From the NCBI GenBank assembly GCA_964016885.1, contig OZ024753.1, positions 21,142,001 through 21,206,000 of the forward strand: a stretch of 64,000 bases of DNA, read 5' to 3'. The notes below the pieces were generated by a model, which saw only the letters and a program-made list of their open reading frames with translations, searched no databases and was not told where the DNA came from. Shown piece after piece: positions 49,569 to 62,800 of this stretch. A program made the translations under genes and the position numbers. Within the stretch, counting starts at the first letter, position 1, and each line of letters begins with the position of its first letter. Source of the DNA: Eledone cirrhosa (taxonomy: Eukaryota).

Positions 49569-49834
49569 CTATCAAACAGTATCTGAGTGTGTTTTTTGCA
49601 CTATTTGGACTATTACAGGTAAAAGAGGTAAAAGAGAAAAAGGTCAAAGTTTGGGGGTTTAGTGCACATGCAATATTTTGATAAAATATAAATTACTATA
49701 TCAAATAAATTGGATCAGACAGGCATCTACACATGTAAATACATATCTACCAAAATATGTGCAATTTTACTTTCCTAACTAGGACCTATATATACTGTCA
49801 GATTTTATTAATATATTTTAGTCACCGACGCAAC

Positions 49835-50150
49835 GACTTTACAGTGTGGACTAGATACATTTTGTTGTGACTCCTACACAATCACTTTACAGCGTGGACT
49901 AGGTATATTTTTTTGTGACACCTACACAATCACTTTACAGTGTGGACTAGGCACATTTTGTTGTGACACCTAGACTATCACTTTACAGTGTGGACTATGT
50001 ACATTTTCTTGTGACTCCTACACAACCACTTTACAGTGTGGACTAGGTACATTTTGTTGTGACACCTACACAATCACTTTACAGTGTGGACTAGGTACAT
50101 TTTGTTGTGACACCTACACAATCACTTTAAAGTGTGAACTGGGTGCTTTT
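49835..50150 (-). repeat. About 48-bp tandem array derived from the RTE 3' UTR unit
   Basis: cactttacagtgtggactaggtacattttgttgtgacacctacacaat, about 6 copies; reverse complement of the ccacactgtaaagtg units. Confidence 0.8.
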
Positions 50151-51029
50151 TGTTGTGTTGTGTTTTTCAGGAAAAAACACTTCATTTCACATTGCTGAAA
50201 CTAATTGCCAGCAATGACTTGGAGAATTTTACTCTGAGTCTCTTAATGCTAATTAAACCTGGATAAACTACAAGCTAACAAGCCTCTAGACTAAAGAGAG
50301 AGAAACGGAAGTCATGCACAGTATGTGTAGCCTTTTTAATGCCAGAAATCTGGTGATTATAATGGTGATGGTGTTTTTGCTACGGATATTTGTGCTGGTG
50401 TTTTGAGATGTTTGTAATGGTGTTTATGATGATGGTGGTATTTATGATGCGTGTCGTGGTTATGATGGTTGTGGTGTTTTTGGTGGTGGTGTTTATGATG
50501 ATTTGGTGTTTTTGATGATGGTGGTCATGTTATTTGTGATAGTATTTTTAATGATGATGGTGGTGATGATAATTATGAAGATGGCGATGATGGTGGTAGT
50601 GTTTATGAAGATGACGATGATGATATTCTTGTAAAGAATGAAAGAAAGATTCAGTGCAGCATTGGATGAAATAGTTCATGGTATTTAATATTGTGTTCAT
50701 CATTATCATCATTTAACGTCCATCTTCCACGCTAGCATGGGTTAGACAGTTCTGTTTTATTTGATGCGGGAATGGTCAGGAGACCATGTCTCGCTTGAAT
50801 GGAAGCATCTCTGGCAGGTTTTTTACAGCTGGATGCCCTTCCTAACACCAACCACATTTACAGTGTGTGTTCTGAGTTCAAATCATGCTCTGAGGTTAAT
50901 AACATAAATAGCTGTATATATATTGAAGTTAATATTGATGAACCTTTGTTAGTTTCAACAATGTTGTTCAATCAACAGAACCATCCAATATCTCCCCCTT
51001 CCTGGTGATGGACCTGACTAAATAAATAA

Positions 51030-51214
51030 TTGTTTCTACATTTGGCACAAGGCCAGCAATTACTGGTACTTTATTACTGGTATTTTATTTTATCGATCCC
51101 GTAAGGATGAAAGACAAAGTTAACCTCGGTGGGATTTGAACTCAGATCGTAAAGGGACGTAACTATGCTGGAAAGCATGGCGTCCGACCCTCTACCTATA
51201 CTGCCAATCCACCG
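51030..51214 (-). mobile_element. Full-length SINE A with TSD gactaaataaataata
   Basis: Direct repeats at both flanks. Confidence 0.85.
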
Positions 51215-51753
51215 ACTAAATAAATAATACCAATGCATGTGATAGAACTCAGACGAAAACTAATTATAAGCAGAATCAGGTGTGTTGTACAACAATGATG
51301 ACTGAGATGGTATAGACATGTGATACATGGAATGGACCTTCGTCGTGATGAATGTTTTAGTTGTTTCATCAAAATTAAAGTGTAAGTGTTTGAGTATTTC
51401 ACAGACATGTATATTCTTTATGAATTCTCAGGAAGATTCAGCATGACATAGGTATGAATCTTTTGTTTATATATTTTTTCACTGGCTTGCTCAGGGAAGA
51501 GCAGAGCTCATAACCATTTACTTTTTCAGAGCCTCTGACACAGGTGAGAGGAAGGGAGGAAGTTTTCTTCAAACCAGTGACTTGGTTCAAATGTTTGCAG
51601 CAGAGTGAATTTTGTTAAGTCCTTACAGGGCCCTAAGCACCTAAAGAATTATGGTGCTTTCCATATATAAAATCTGCCAAAAAAAACAAAAAAATAACAT
51701 TGTTGGGGAATGATAAATATATTAAATTTTAATTAAATGCCCTAAGCATTTGT

Positions 51754-51953
51754 TTACAAAGGTCGACTGAAAAGTTTGTAGGCTGACAAAGATACTCTCA
51801 GTGAATGAACAAATGAGGTTTATTTTTTAACATGGTCCCTTGAAAGAAAACAATGCAGTTATTGATAAGATTTGAAATTAATGCATGCAAGCTTTCACAG
51901 CTCTAGCATCCCTCCTTCATAGTGAGCCTATAAACTTTTCAACCTACCCTCAT
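51754..51953. mobile_element. Mariner-like MITE
   Basis: tacaaaggtcgactgaaaagtttgtaggctgac ... gtgagcctataaacttttcaacctaccctcatg imperfect TIRs. Confidence 0.55.
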
Positions 51954-52219
51954 GTTTCCCAACAACACTATTGGCTGCTTCTTAGTCGACCAACTTTATT
52001 CAATTATCATTGCATGCTTCTACAGTAAATCAGATGAGACATGCTGGATGTGAACCGAATCTGTAAGCAAGTTCTTATTTCCCCACCATTACGATAATTT
52101 TTATTTCACGGTAACCATTGATAAAATGACAAATGTCTAAGACTTCAGTTGTCTTTAAAGTACTAATACTTAATTCTGGTATAATGACATGAAGTAGATA
52201 GAATATAAATAATCCTACT

Positions 52220-52825
52220 ACAAGCACCCAGTCCACTCTGTAAAGTGGTTGTGTTGCTGACACAGCAAAAAACTCCCAGCCCACCCTGTAGATCATGCTG
52301 GTGATACAACAAAAAGCACCCAGCCCAGTTGGTTGTTTTGATGCTACAATAACACCCAGTCCACTCTATAAAGTGGTTGTGTTGGTTACATGATAAAAAA
52401 TACCCAGTCCTCGCTGTAAAGTTGTAAAAGCACCCAATCCACATTGTAAAGTGGTCGTTTTGGTGCCATGGCAAAAAACACCAAGTCAAGTTGTTATGTT
52501 GGTGACATGATGAAAAGCACTCAGTCCTCCCTGTAAAGTGGTCATTTTGGTGATACAACAAAATGCTCCCTGCCAACCTTGTAAGGTAGTTGTGTTGCAT
52601 GACAAAAACACCCATCCAAACCTGTAAGGTAGTTTTTTGGTGCCACAATAAAAAGCACTCAGCCCACAGTGTAAATGTGGTTGGCATTAGGAAGGACATC
52701 TAGCTGTAGAAACCAAGCCAGAAACATTTCTGTATGAGCAAGTCATCTGATCAGACATGTCTCACAACAGGACAACTCGTCTACCCATGCCAGCATGGAA
52801 AAGTGCATGTTAAATAGTGATGTTG
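52220..52825 (+). mobile_element. RTE 3' tail with an expanded array of about 48-bp units (about 10)
   Basis: Repeated aaagcacccagtccacactgtaaagtgg.. followed by ttggcattaggaagg...cccatgccagcatggaa. Confidence 0.75.
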
Positions 52826-53189
52826 ACACCTACATACTTAACACCACCATATTAGGATGGCATTCTATTGCAGTTGCTTGTCATAGTTGTTAGTGTGTTG
52901 GTCACATGATCATAATGTCATGAATTTGATCACTGTACTAATTGGTGCATTATGTCCACTTCATGCCTTTTAGCTGAAAAGATGTATACCAGCAGCAGCA
53001 GTGTAATACTGGTACTTAATTTTATAGACACCCTAAGAATGAAAGGTAAAGCTAACCTCGGTGAAAATTGAATTCAGAACTCAGAACATAAAAAGGCAAA
53101 ACAAATACCACAAAGTAATTTGCCAACACCTTCATGATTCTGCTAAATCATAATAATAATGATAACAACATCAGCAATAATAATAATAA

Positions 53190-53586
53190 TAATTGTTTCT
53201 ACGTTTGGCACAAGGCCAGCAATTACCCAGTGCATTACTGTTACTTTATTTTATTGACCCCGTAGGGATGAAAGGCAAAGTTAGCCTTGGCAGGATTTGA
53301 ACTCAGAATGGCAAGGGCCATAACTCTATACGTCAAAGCATGGCGTCCGACCCTCTACCGATACTGCCAATCCACCGCCCTCATATAATAATAATAATAA
53401 TAATTCTTTCTATTTTGGGCACAAGGCCAGTAATTATCCCAGTCCACTATTGGTGCTTTATTTTATCGACCCCGTAAGGATGAAAGGCAAAGTTAACCTG
53501 GGCGGGATTGGAACTTAGACCATAAAGGGTCATAACTCTATGCTGAAAAGCATAGCGTCCGACCCTCTACCGATACTGCCAATCCA
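53190..53586 (-). mobile_element. Two tandem SINE A copies in (AAT)n
   Basis: 53190-53380 and 53403-53586. Confidence 0.85.
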
Positions 53587-55075
53587 AATAACAGCATTAT
53601 CTGAAACACTAAACAGGACTGGGCTAGGGTATAAATGTTACAATGGAAAAATTAAGCATCTCCTATATATGGATGATCAAATGTATGCTACAAATGAAAA
53701 ACAACTCCAAACACTGCTACAAACTGTATACGGATTCACAAAAGAAATAGTCATGAAATTCGGATTAGAAAAATGTGCCAGGGCAACTCTGGAGAGAGGA
53801 AAACTAGTGAAAAGCAATAATATCATGTTAGATAAAGAAACAGAAATATAAGAATTAGATCAAACTCAGATGTACAAATACTTAGGAATTAACGAACTAG
53901 ATAAGATTCAACACACACAGATGGAAGAAAAGGTTAGAAAAGAACACTACAGAAGAATTAGGTTAATACTGAAAACTAAACTAAATGTAAAGAATAAGGT
54001 GATTGGCATCAACACTTTAGCAGTCCCAGTAATGAGCTAAACTTTAACATTTTGAACTGGACACTAAAAGAACTAACTGGAATAGATAGAAAAACAAGAA
54101 ATATAATGACCGTATTTAGAAGACACCATCCAAATTCAGACGTAGAAAGATTATACCTACCAAGAACACAAGGAGCAAAGGGCCTTATGCAACTAGAAAA
54201 CTCTTATAAAATAACTACTGTAGGATTACAAAAACACCTAATAAAAAACAAAAGAAAGCTAATACAAATAACCACAAAATATGAACAAAACAAAAAAACT
54301 GTTCTTGGTCTTCAAGGAAGCCAAAAAAATTCAAATCAGAAACTGGATTAACAGATAATTGTGAGGAAAATGAAACAAAGAAAAAAACAACAAAAATTGT
54401 GAAAGACAAAATTTTAATTGAAAACTGACTCCCAGAATGCCATGTTAAAACATTGGCAAGAGAAATCCTTATATGGCCAATAGCCCTATAAATAGAAAGG
54501 AAGTAGACAAAGAAAACAAAGAAGCAAAGCACAAAAAGTAACTGTAGAATATGTGTAGATAAGGAAGAGACAATGAACCACATAGTCTCTGGATGCCCAG
54601 CACTAGCTAAAAAAGAATATATCCACAGGCATGATAGAGTTGGGACCTTTATACACTGGAAGTTATGCCAGCATTATGAAATACCAACAGAAAACAGATG
54701 GTACAAACACACACCAGATATATCTATCCCCACAGACGACAATATATCTTCCAAGGAAATAGAGAAACTCTCCAAATATAAAGATCTAGAGATAGAAATA
54801 ACTTGAATGTGGAAAATGAAAACAGAAACAATACCTATAATAATAGGTGCTCTAGAAATTATAAAAAAAAAACACACAGACAAATACATAGCCAAAACCC
54901 CAGGACCTACAAATATATACAACATACAAAAAATAACACTACTAGGCACTGCACACATATTACAAAAACTACTATCAATACAATAGAAACAGCATCAGAA
55001 AAAGCTACACTGCTGACAGCAAAGGTGCACAGAACTGTGCTTGGTAATGATGCACAATAAAAAATAATAATAATA
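53587..55075 (+). mobile_element. R4/Dong-type LINE, 5'-truncated
   Basis: HLLYMDD, MKFGLEKCA, RLYLPR..GG-like, CRIC..EETMNHIVSGC..EYIHRHD, KEIEKLSKYKDL; (TAA)n tail. Confidence 0.9.
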
Positions 55076-55077
55076 AT

Positions 55078-55190
55078 AATTGTTTCTACTTTTGGCACAA
55101 GGTCAGCAATTACCCAGTGCATTACTGGTACTTTGTTTTATCGACCCCATAAGGATGAAAGCCAAAGGTAACCTCGGCTGGATTTGAACA
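55078..55190 (-). mobile_element. Truncated SINE A in (AAT)n
   Basis: Tail and core present. Confidence 0.8.
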
Positions 55191-55193
55191 TTC

Positions 55194-55224
<31 letters not shown>

Positions 55225-55599
55225 TTTTAAAAGGATTGACGTAACTCTTCACAAAGGTAAATATGAAGAGTGAGATGCAATTGCAATAGATTTGTTGAAT
55301 GATATTTCGACAGTTAGTCTGTCTTTGTCGAGTTCAAAATGAAAAGTGATAAAAATTCTAAATTATAGAAATTCAAATCCAAAATATGAACGAGGCCAAC
55401 CTGCGACCCCACGAGGAAAAAAATAGAAGAAAATAAGAAAGAAGAGCAAAAAGAAGAAGAATATTTAATCAAACAGTTTTGGGTAAATATGATGAAATTC
55501 TCCTGTCATTTTGTTCATTCCTCCAGGGCGTGATATTAATAACCTGCAAATATATCTCTGCTCATGCATTTTGAGTAGCGAAATATAATAATAATAATA

Positions 55600-55786
55600 A
55601 TAATTGTTTCTACGTTTGGCACAAGGCCAGAAATTACCCAGTGCATTACTGGTACTTTATTTTATCGACCCCGTAAGGAGGAAAGGCAAAGTTAACCTTG
55701 GCGGGATTTGAACTCAGAATGGCAAAGGCTGTAACTCTATGCGTCAAAGCATGGCGTCGGACCCTCTACCGATACTGCCAATCCAA
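55600..55786 (-). mobile_element. SINE A
   Basis: Near full-length. Confidence 0.85.
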
Positions 55787-57010
55787 ATGCAGCAACAAGC
55801 CTACAGATATCTAGGTCAGGCCAAGGTATTCACTACTCCAGGATGAAAGAGAGTATCAGGAAGGAATACTACATGCTATCTTATTCAAGGAATAAACTAT
55901 CTGCCATACATACATTTGTCACCTACAGTTTTAACATCATAATGGACACCAAAATCAGGAAACTGTTGACTTGTAATAAAATACATCAACCAAAAGCCGG
56001 ATGTGGATCACTTCTATCTCCCTAGATAAAATAGAGGTAGAGGAATGACCCAGCTTGAGTTGTCATGCAAGATATCAGCAATTGGATTTGATCAGTCCCT
56101 TAAAAGCACAGATGGTTGCAATTCACAAAAGGAAAAAAGAATAAATATGGAAGTTTGTGGAAGAATTGGCAATACAGTTTGAAAATAATGGTGATTCTGC
56201 AATTTAAGCAACAAAGAATATCAAAATGTTGGCAAAATATGAAGGTCAACAGAAACTGTGCACTAAATGGGAGCAAAAACCACTGCATGGGCAGTATGTT
56301 CTCCGTAGCAAATAACCTGATGTAGATCAAACTCTCACCTATCAGTGGCTGCATAATTCTGGGCTAAAGACAGAGAGTGAGGGCTTCATTTTGGCTGCAC
56401 AACACCAGTGTCTCCCAACATGCAACTTTCAAGCCATTGTTATCAGAAATGGAACTGACCATAAGTGTTGATTCTATAATGAGCATCATTGAGACTATTG
56501 ACCACTTGGCTGCAAGCTATTAGCTGCCCAGGAATATAGAACGTGGCATGAAAGAGTGGGGCAATACTTACACTGGGTAATGTGCTGGTTTTATGGTCTG
56601 AAAACAGAGGGAAAATGGTACAACCATGATACAGATACAATAACAGGAGGCAACAATCCTCTGGGGTTTCCCTGTGAATACTGACAGAACAATATAATTG
56701 ATATAATTGTGAAGGACCATAAAAAGAAAACATGTTTCTTAATTGATATAAGCATTCCATCAGATTGTAAGGTCTCCTTGAAAGAGTTTGGAAAGCTCAA
56801 TAAATATAAAGATCTATCAATTGAAATTGAGAAAATATGGCATCTTAAGGCCTGTACAATACCAGTGATAGTCAGAAAACTAAGAATGATAAAAAAAGGG
56901 AACTGGAAAATATTTGGGGTGGATACCTGAAAAGCCATCTCTGAAAGAGATACATAAAATAGTGCTGACTTGTACTGCCCATGTCCTAAGAAGGGCATTA
57001 TCAATTTAAA
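55787..57010 (+). mobile_element. Degenerate R4/Dong-type LINE 3' fragment
   Basis: DIIVKDHKKKTCFLIDISIPSD..VSLKEFGKLNKYKDL.IEI.KIW. Confidence 0.8.
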
Positions 57011-57727
57011 AATCTTGCAAAGATATTTACTCGTGTTTGTGCCCTTGTGGCATCATTTGTGTAACAATTGATTGTAAAATATGTGTATTATCAAATTTTG
57101 CCTCAGGTGTCAGGCTGGCACTTGGTATGATTTGAGATAAAAATAAGAATTCAAAGGAAGTTTTTAAAAAATATCTTCTAAATTTGACACAAAATGTTTC
57201 AATTTTCTCACTTCAAATAATTTCCAGATTTCAATAATAATTTTCAAGAAATAACTTCACTGCTCTATAAAAAAAATCAAATTATACAGTTATATAGCTA
57301 GCAGAAAGAAAAATATTTATTCTTTTAAAGTAATTCTGGAGTGAAATATCTGTCATAAATTTTTCCTTTTTATTCAGTAAAAAATATTTGAATGCAATTT
57401 AAAAAGAAAATCGCAGAGACGTTTTCTTTTTAATATTAAGGACTATAATGAACATTTATATATTAACATATATATTAAATCTATAATAAAATCTTTCAAA
57501 AGAGCGTGTGTGTACATTTTTTGTGTTTAAATATGTGTATGTGTGTGTGTATATATGTATATGTGTGAATGTATATATGTATATAATATTAAAGATACTA
57601 TTTATAGTTATGTATATATTATACTATAAACAACTATAAACAGGGAAGGTCAGTAATTTATTACTACCTTATTACCAGTAAGATAAATAGCTCAATGTAA
57701 GAACATCAGTTATTTTACAGAGCAGTA

Positions 57728-59301
57728 ATATTGAATTCAGAAGAATCAAAGTTATGCTGAAAACATTTATTTGCTGACAATTGTTTCTTCCAAACCTAGG
57801 CTTGGAGTCTTCGGAGCATTTTTAATGTTTGTACATATAATTGACCTCCTACTCAACTGAAGAAACATACAGATACATATATATATTGATGTTGTGTTTC
57901 ATGTTTACAGTGTGGAATTGATGAGACATATATTATATTATACTATATTTGTACAATAATTCAAAATTAAATTTAAAAACAAGATTACAAGCATAGGTTG
58001 GAATACATGCGACAGATAATAATACAGATAATATAATAGAATAGTCTAATAATTAAATTAAAGAGATACTATATGCATTAGTCATATATAAAGGGATTGA
58101 ACAAGCAAATGTATCATGTATATATGAGTACTGTATGGCAAGGTATTACATGAAATACAAGCACTTTAATCGAAAATGTTAGTGTATTATGGTGGATGCA
58201 ATGCGAGGATATATTCTGTATAGTTCAAATTTGTATGTGTGCAGAAAAAGAAAGTTACAGTTTTCACATCCATCACATAAGTTACGATATATTTGTATTG
58301 AATGTTTGTTATAGTAATGGATTGTAATGTATTGTAACTTAGTGTTATTTAATCCATATTTATAGATTAGGGTCCTTCAGCTGTGAGAATTTACAGCGGT
58401 TTAATATCCGGAAGCGGGTATGTAATTAAGGGGAGCTAATGCGTAAGGGGAGGTAACTAGCTCATTATAATAATTAAATTCATTGCTCTAATAGACATTA
58501 TATGGTGCCTCTATTGAGTCCCTTATATAAAAAGTTATATATTTATATTTAATTTACATACAGTCCCCTCTCTCATAATATATTAAAGGTTTCAATAGAA
58601 AGTTGTCTACCCAATATTATATAGTGCCATAATTGAATTTCCCATACAAAGTGCTATATATTTATATCAAATTAACTTTAAATACAGTCTACCCTCAAAA
58701 CATACTAAAGGTTCAATTATATTTTTGTCTACCCAACATTTGGTAAGCTATGGAATAACGTACAGCTGTTTCCATGATAAATTAGATACATCTCTTGAGT
58801 AAGTAAATTCATCCTTTATATACAATGTTATTAATCTATACATTTAATTATAGATGTATATATAATTCATTGTTCCATATTACATATAAGTTATACAAAT
58901 CCCTTATGTTAATAAATTAATCCTATATATACAATGTTATTAATCTATACATTTAATTATAAATGTATATATAATTCATTGTTTGCATTTAATATTTAAA
59001 GTTTATATAAACTGTATTATATTTCAATCACTATATAATTATAAGTGATCTAAAGTAATTATATTAAAAGGTGGTGATTATAAGGATATTTCTAGAGTAT
59101 AAAGTTATAGATAAAATGATCTGTGTAGAGGAAGTGGTGGATCAGAGAGTGTGATGTAGCGGTGGAAGGCAAGACTTAGAGGTGAAGTGCTAATGGTGGT
59201 GGTGAGTTCAAATCTGACATTGTTATATACTAGGTTTGGAAGAAACAATTGTCAGCAAATAAATATTTTAAACATAACTTTGATTCTTGTGAATTCAATA
59301 T
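57728..59301 (-). mobile_element. ORF-less Penelope-like/retrozyme-like element bounded by inverted repeats of about 72 bp
   Basis: 57728-57800 is the inverse of 59230-59301; the left arm carries a hammerhead; internal duplication at 58818-58874/58928-58984; no ORF. Confidence 0.6.
57772..57818 (-). ncRNA. Type I hammerhead ribozyme (core CCGAAGA, palindromic stem III, GUC)
   Basis: Reverse complement: ugcu CCGAAGA c-uccaagc-cuag-guuugga-a GAAA caauuG UC agca, then AATAAA. Confidence 0.7.
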
Positions 59302-59881
59302 ATATATTCGTTCCAGCCACCCGTCCATACAAATTTTCGAAGGTATCTTAGTTTTATGACGTTATTATTGTTAATATTACTGCTGTATTAATTTCGGATA
59401 TTTACCATGCGGTATTCTAATTATATCTCTCTCGGATATTTACCATGCGACCCTCAGTGCCCGCCCCCTCTATACCTCTCTCTATGGTGACTACCCTATC
59501 TCTATCTATTCATCTTGGGTTCTCTTCACTCATCTTGAAGCTATTGAAGAGATAAGACGCTTTCTGCTTATCTGCTAAAATGTATCATTAGAGTTGATTT
59601 GGTTTCGTTCCAGCCACCCATCCATACAAATTTCCCTCCCTCCCACCCACCCCCTCACACCACCATAGTCTATTCGACCATCAAACCTCAGCATGCCATT
59701 TCTACGGCTGCTGCTGCTACTACTACTACTACCACCTAACTAACTCTCTCCTCCCCTGTCGCAGCCCAACACACCCTGCCATTATCCCACCACCAATGTT
59801 CTTCTAGCCCTCAATTTTCCCACCGTTATGGATGGATGAGCTGAGAATAAATTTGAGCAACTCTGAATCAATAGATGAAAT

Positions 59882-62800
59882 ATGAATCTGCGAGCTACCA
59901 AGCACCCATGTGAAGCGCCAACCCGGAGACCCTTCCCTATGAGTGTCGACAAATGCCCAAAACTCCGAGTTGGTACCATCAATGTAGGCTCAATGAAAGG
60001 AAGAGCAGGAGAAATCGTAGAAATGCTAGAGCGAAAGGAAATGGATGTATGCTGTGTGCAAGAGACTAGATGGAGAGGAGAGTCTGCCAGAGTCCTGGTA
60101 GGAAAAAGTCGGTGCTACAAATTTTTCTGGGTGGGAAATGACGATGGGATGGCTGGTGTAGGTATACTACTAGCTGACAAGTGGGTAGATAAAGTAATCT
60201 CAGTGTACAGGGTAAATGCAAGAATCATTAAACTCAGACTTGTCCTGAATAAAACAATTACCACAATAATATCAGCTTACGCACCCCAATCGGGGCTGCC
60301 AGACGAACTTAAGGATAGGTTTTACAAGTCCCTAATGCACGCTACTGCTCTAACAGACGACAATGACTTCCTAATCATCGCAGGAGATTTTAACGGACAT
60401 GTAGGTAAACACTGCGACGGCTTCAATAGAGTACATGGAGGCCATGGGGTTGGCACAAGAAATGAGGAAGGATTCAGACTTCTAGAATTCTGCGACGCCA
60501 ATGACATGTCGATATGTAACACAAACTTTAAAAAACCCAACAACCACCTGATCACCTATAGATCAGGGGAGCACTCCAGTCAGATAGATTTTATCCTCAC
60601 CAGAGGACGTAACAGATGGACGGTCGTAAACACAAAAGCCTTCCCTAGTGAGGAATGTACATCCCAACATAGCTTAGTTGTCAGCGACCTCACGGTCAGA
60701 ACTAGTCGAACCTGGAAACAGAGGCCAACCTGGAGAAGAAAGGTCTGGAAGCTGAAAGTTCCCTCAACCAGTAACAGATTTAAAGATATTTTACTCAACG
60801 CCTACGACAGTAAAGAAGAACAGATAGAGACATTTAATGTAGAAGAGAACTGGGAGTTCCTAAAAAATAATTTACTAGAGGCGACAGATGAGGTCTGTGG
60901 CTGGAGTAAGACCTCAAGCAGGAGGAGAGTGACTTGGTGGTGGAACAATAAGGTAGATGAAGCAGTTAAGGCCAAGAGACAGGCATGGAAAGAATGGAAG
61001 AACGGGGGGAGCAGGGTACATTATGTAGAGACCAGGAGGGAAGCTAGGCGACAAGTATACTTAGCTAGGAGGGAAGCAGAGGATAGAAAATTCAAGCATG
61101 TTTTGCAACGTGAGGACCAGAAACAGGAGGTATTCAAGATTGTGAGGCAGTGTGTCAGAGATAGTTGTGATGTCATTGGAGAGAAGTGTATCCGAAATGA
61201 TAAAGGTGAGCTTGTCCTCACAAGTGCTGAGAAGAAAGATGCATGGAAGAGTCATTATGATAGATAGTCAAATGATAGATAGTCAAATGAGGAGAATGCA
61301 TGGGAAGAAGAGACCCTACCCCAAGTAGACTCTATAGAGGGGCCAGCAGTACAAGTCAGCAGCAGCGTAGTAAGTAAGGCAATCAAAGATATGAAGATGG
61401 GGAAGGCAACCGGTCCATCGGGTATAGCTGCCGAGATGCTGAAGGCATCTGGGTCTGTAGGTCACACTATAACCACACGTATTGTTAACCAGGTAATACT
61501 AGAAGGTGTCATACCAAAAGATTGGTGCAGTAGCATCATTGTCAACTGTTACAAAGGTAAAGGCGATGCACTAGATAGAGGAAACTATAGAGGTATAAAG
61601 TTGATGGAGCAGGTCATGAAAGTAACAGAAAGAATTATAGCACAGTTGATTAGGGACCGGGTGAAAATAGACGAGATGCAATTTGGGTTTGTACCAGGAA
61701 GAGGCACCACTGATGCCCTCTTCCTTGTGAGGCAATTACAGGAAAAGTACCTAGCTAAAAGTAAGCCACTCTACTTGGCATTTGTTGACCTTGAGAAAGC
61801 CTTTGACAGAGTTCCACGTGCTGTAATCTGGTGGGCTCTTAGAAAACTGGGAGTAGACGTATGGCTTGTGAAAGCGGTACAAGCCATGTATAGGGGAGCA
61901 GTCAGCAAAGTTAGGATTAGCAATGAGTATAGCGAGGAATTTAGCGTACAGGTCGGGGTCCACCAGGGCTCAGTTCTTAGCCCCCTCCTGTTCATCATAG
62001 TCCTGCAGGCAATAACGGAGGAGTTTAAGACCAGATGTCCATGGGAACTCCTGTATGCTGATGACCTCGCACTCATAGCTGAGTCTATGGTAGAACTAGA
62101 GAAGAAATTCCAAACTTGGAAGCAGGGACTAGAAAGAAAGGGTCTCAAAGTCAACATGACAAAGACTAAGGTCCTTGTAAGTAGACGAGAAAACAGAACC
62201 CAGATCCCCTCAGGGAAATGGCCTTGCTCAGTATGTAGGAAAGGTGTAGGTAGGAACTCCATTCTCTGCCCCAAATGCAAACAATGGGTACACAAGAGAT
62301 GTAGCGGGATCTCAGGAAGCTTAATTAAGAATGTAGGCTTCACATGCAGCAGCTGTGCTGGGACAGCAAGCAGCAAACAGCCACAGGAAACAAGTACCAC
62401 CAATTTCTGGGAGGGCTCTGTAGAAACAGTAGACAGCTTCTGCTACCTAGGTGACCGAATTAGCAGCGGAGGTGGGTGTTCAGAAAGTACAATAACTAGG
62501 GTAAGAACGGGATGGAAGAAGTTTAGGGAACTACTACCACTGCTAGCTGCAAAAGGCTTCTCCCTCAGAATGAAAGGCAGACTGTATGATGCGTGTATCC
62601 GAAAAGCAATGTTGCATGGTAGTGAGACCTGGGCGCTGAAGGTGGAAGACTTACGTAGATTAGAGAGAAATGAAGCCTGCATGCTCCGATGGATGTGTAA
62701 CAGTAATATACGTGAACGACAAAGCATAAATGAATTGAGAGAGAGACTGAGCATAAGAGGTATCAAATGCTGTGTGCAGGAGAGGCGGTTGCGCTGGTAT

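Noticed and set aside
55295-55337. Minus-strand hammerhead-like fold (ucgacaa a gacag-acuaa-cuguc GAAA uAUC)
   Set aside because: Core deviates at several positions; kept only as a weak member of the density finding
59640-59881. HDV-like ribozyme at the RTE 5' end
   Set aside because: Looked for because some RTEs have one, but no nested double pseudoknot could be assembled by eye
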